Shown here: in pieces, positions 62,508 through 64,000 of the stretch | Layout: each line of letters starts with the position of its first letter | Position numbering within the stretch: position 1 is the stretch's first letter | Assembly: GCF_037042905.1 (NCBI RefSeq) | Contig: NC_087252.1 | Span: 6,760,001-6,824,000, forward strand | DNA: 64,000 bases | Direction: 5' to 3' | DNA from: Lytechinus pictus | Lineage: Eukaryota | The notes under the pieces: generated by a model | The model's database searches: none | Seen by the model: the letters and a program-made list of their open reading frames with translations, nothing else | Told to the model about the DNA's origin: nothing | Position numbers and translations under genes: made by a program

Positions 62508-62927
62508 ATAAAAGCACAACTCGTTGAACGTAGAGGGCAGCAACACACGGCTGCCATTTTTTCCTCTCCGGCAGAAAATTAAAAAAATAAGGAATAAATC
62601 ATCGGTAATGTACATTTTCGATATTTTCTTAGAACTCATATAGTATCAAAAGAAAGATTAGAGTCTAACGAAAATAGTGGGCCTTCGTTCAAGATAATAT
62701 AATGTCATTTAGAATTAACAAAAAAAATCTGGACAAAACCCGGTCGCCCGAATTGCTGACCTGATTACACATGCAGGCTCGCACTAACACACTGCCGTCG
62801 GTGAATGGGGATTAAAGTAAAATGTCAGAAATTGTTAAATAAATCCTCAGAAACGACGGTTATTCCTGTCCAGTGGCTGTTAAACTAAGTTTCGTTGCAC
62901 GTGTTATACACGGCTGGTGCGGCACGG

Positions 62928-63440
62928 CGGATCGGAGAGAGGGGAAATAATATTTCGTGGGAACGAAATAATATTTCATGGGAACGAAATAGTATTGCGT
63001 GGGAACGAAATCGTATTTCGTGGGAACGAAATAATATTTCGTGGGAACGAAATAATTTTGCGTGGCCACGAAATAATATTGCGTGGGAACGAAATAATAT
63101 TTCGTGGGGAACGAAATAGTATTTCGTGGGAGCGAAATAATATTGCGTGGCCACGAAATAGTATAGATCGGAGAGAGGGGAAATAATATTTCGTGGGAAC
63201 GAAATAATATTGCGTGGGAACGAAATAATATTGCGTGGGAACGAAATGATATTTCGTGGGAACGAAATAGTATTTCGTGGGAACGAAATAATATTGCGTG
63301 GCCACGAAATAGTATATCGAGGGAACGAAATAATATTGCGTGGCCACGAAATAGTATTTCGAGGGAACGAAATAATATTTCGTGGGAACGAAATAATGTA
63401 CGGAGAATTTTTCCCCTCATGTCACCTGGCGGGCTCCGTA
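62928..63440. repeat. 21-bp tandem array of palindromic units (atttcgt-ggga-acgaaat-aat), probably the subterminal array of an unclassified DNA transposon
   Basis: About 20 units in two blocks, each headed by gatcggagagaggggaaat; ends …catgtcacctggcgggctccgta. It explains the repetitive ORFs at 62860-63461. Confidence 0.85.
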
Positions 63441-64000
63441 CGTTTAAGTGATTTTATTTAAAGGTAAATTGTGACATTGGTTTATTTCAAAACTTTGTTT
63501 AGATTTCACTCTTCGCTTTTCAAAATACTCATAAACAAGTTCTGAGTCCATAAAATGTATTGCATTGGCCAAAAGAACTGTTTTTATTCTCAAAAAAATA
63601 TATAAAGAAGAGAAATTTTGCCAAGTGAGCTTTCTTTTGATGGAGATTTTGAAATTGACATAAAAAATGAAGAGCGCCACCTTGAGACCAAATGACATCA
63701 ATACCTGCTCATGAATATTCATATCCATCGCCTCTGCGCTTGTCTCACGTGCCGATCTGTATACCGGCTATACAGTACAGTATCGGATTGAACGGCGGAG
63801 TCTATTTGCGACTTTTTCATTCATATCCTGTAGGAGCGTGTGCATTCGCCCAGTCCCTCGACGGCAAATTAAATAACTTGGAAACAACCAAGGAACTTTT
63901 TGAAATGACCATCATAATAATTGTGATGTTATGCACGTTGTTTTTCATATCGCGGAGAATAGGTCCTACGTACATCTTGATATCTGGGCAGAGTACCAGG

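Noticed and set aside
62860..63461. Repetitive ORFs (ILFRSHE, YYFVPTK) or a CRISPR-like array
   Set aside because: These are translations of a 21-bp tandem repeat. There are no unique spacers, no cas genes, and the context is eukaryotic.

Overview
AT-rich, repeat-dense animal genomic DNA with spliceosomal introns. The repeat families suggest a sea urchin or other echinoderm, but that is an inference. Two multi-exon genes lie on the minus strand. Gene 1 has 18 exons that I could join in frame (34032 to 3781, about 1076 codons, continuing off the left edge). It encodes signal peptide-NIDO-IPT/TIG-AMOP-VWD(GDPH)-Sushi-Sushi, a Mesh/SUSD2/MUC4-type surface protein. Gene 2 is the 3' end (8 exons, 60930 to 50796) of an FGFR/RET/Tie-like tyrosine kinase domain. 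Its reading frame is intact but its catalytic motifs are degenerate (VAIK>VAIR, no alphaC Glu, HRD>HGS, DFG>DYG), so it is a probable pseudokinase. The rest is mostly non-autonomous DNA transposons (hAT, Tc1/mariner-like, Academ-like, Kolobok-like, foldback/Mutator-like, with several nests whose TSDs are readable), truncated CR1/L2-type LINEs and SINEs. The most unusual element is a tandem pair of ~190-bp SINE-like units (62118-62507) with a head resembling the 7SL/SRP RNA Alu domain, a V-domain-like body and a (CA)n tail. All coordinates were read by eye and no database searches were run.
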